DNA of 64,000 nucleotides from a virus (Duplodnaviria; Heunggongvirae; Uroviricota; Caudoviricetes): IMG/VR virus record IMGVR_UViG_3300031963_000058, positions 24,100 to 88,099 of that record; one strand, 5' to 3'. Shown piece by piece: positions 63,837 to 64,000 of this stretch (position 1 is its first letter; each line of letters starts with the position of its first letter). The notes under the pieces were generated by a model. It saw only the letters and a program-made list of their open reading frames with translations, ran no database searches and was not told where the DNA came from. The position numbers and the translations under genes were made by a program.

Positions 63837-64000
63837 TTAGTTGGTATCTTCAACCAGAAAATAGAGCAATACATCGGTTACGTCGATGGTCTTAACCTTC
63901 ATTTGAAAGGTATCTTCAACCCATTTGCTCAGAAGTATTTCAAAATCAACCTTTTTTAAACGAATTAACTTACAAATTTTGTCTCTAAATTCATAGTTAT
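63837..64000 (-). CDS. ~100-aa tandem array family, further copy, 5'-truncated by the window end
   Basis: The partial reverse-strand translation reads ...VDFEILLSKWVEDTFQMKVKTIDVTDVLLYFLVEDTN*. The array continues beyond the window. Confidence 0.5.
   Translation of the reverse strand, partial: NYEFRDKICKLIRLKKVDFEILLSKWVEDTFQMKVKTIDVTDVLLYFLVEDTN

Noticed and set aside
51228-64000. CRISPR array or integron cassette array as an explanation for the regular ~330-nt periodicity
   Set aside because: The period is a full protein-coding unit with a conserved ORF, not 25-40-nt repeats separated by unrelated spacers. The junction repeats are direct duplicates of the 3' coding motif rather than palindromic attC-like sites. 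No cas or intI gene is present in the window.
1-64000. Giant-virus (NCLDV/Mimiviridae-like) origin, suggested by AT-richness, tRNAs, an aaRS-like gene and paralogue expansions
   Set aside because: Promoter boxes match the Bacteroidota TAnnTTTG consensus. Terminators are bacterial-type hairpin plus T-run. Signal peptides are Bacteroidota-style, and phage or bacterial DUFs are present (DUF3310, DUF932, DUF192). No NCLDV core gene is seen.
1-64000. Stop-codon recoding (Lak or crAss-like alternative genetic code) within this window
   Set aside because: Under the standard code the paralogue families give full-length, mutually alignable ORFs without recurrent in-frame TAG or TGA. The one broken gene region (1943-2704) involves frame changes, not read-through of a single stop type.

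Overview
The window is visibly AT-rich and densely coding, mostly small genes under the standard code with ATG, GTG and TTG starts. No rRNA, CRISPR, transposase or integrase is recognisable. Three lines of evidence point to a Bacteroidota (Bacteroidetes) genetic background. First, many genes are preceded by the Bacteroidota sigma-A type -7 box TAnnTTTG (TATCTTTG or TACCTTTG), often with an upstream TTTG. Second, most convergent gene pairs and operon ends carry classic hairpin plus T-run intrinsic terminators. Third, several secreted proteins have Bacteroidota-style signal peptides ending in SQ or AQA. Recognisable gene content is thioredoxin, glutaredoxin, ThyX, a Nudix hydrolase, a calcineurin-like metallophosphoesterase, DUF3310, DUF932, DUF192, an SLT lytic transglycosylase, a peptidase M15 (LAS-family) endolysin-like enzyme, an AsnA-like class II aaRS core, an SPFH/band-7 protein and several tRNA or tRNA-like genes. 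Together these suggest an accessory region of a large phage, prophage or phage-like mobile element of a Bacteroidota host, rather than a giant virus or a core chromosome. Lineage-specific paralogue families in tandem dominate the window. (a) At 51.2-64.0 kb and beyond the window end, at least 37 head-to-tail minus-strand copies of a ~100-114 aa gene form two subfamilies with a hypervariable C-tail. Most junctions between roughly 57.2 and 63.9 kb carry a direct duplicate of the 3' coding motif sequence, and some of those units show an embedded TAnnTTTG-like box. (b) Ten tandem ~300 aa paralogues lie at 19.2-28.6 kb. (c) Two families of small LRR-like or BspA-like proteins lie on the minus strand at 29.9-36.4 kb. 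(d) At least six otherwise different proteins share an N-terminal ~20 aa module (R-LTEDDLT-IVKKVINEQ). (e) Three paralogues at 46.4-50.7 kb are interleaved with that module family and with a triplicated terminator cassette. Two further features stand out: an ORF-free ~0.9 kb GC-elevated segment directly after a tRNA(CAT) at 13.8-14.7 kb that is a candidate structured RNA, and two Leu-type tRNA-like genes with insertions in the anticodon-arm region.
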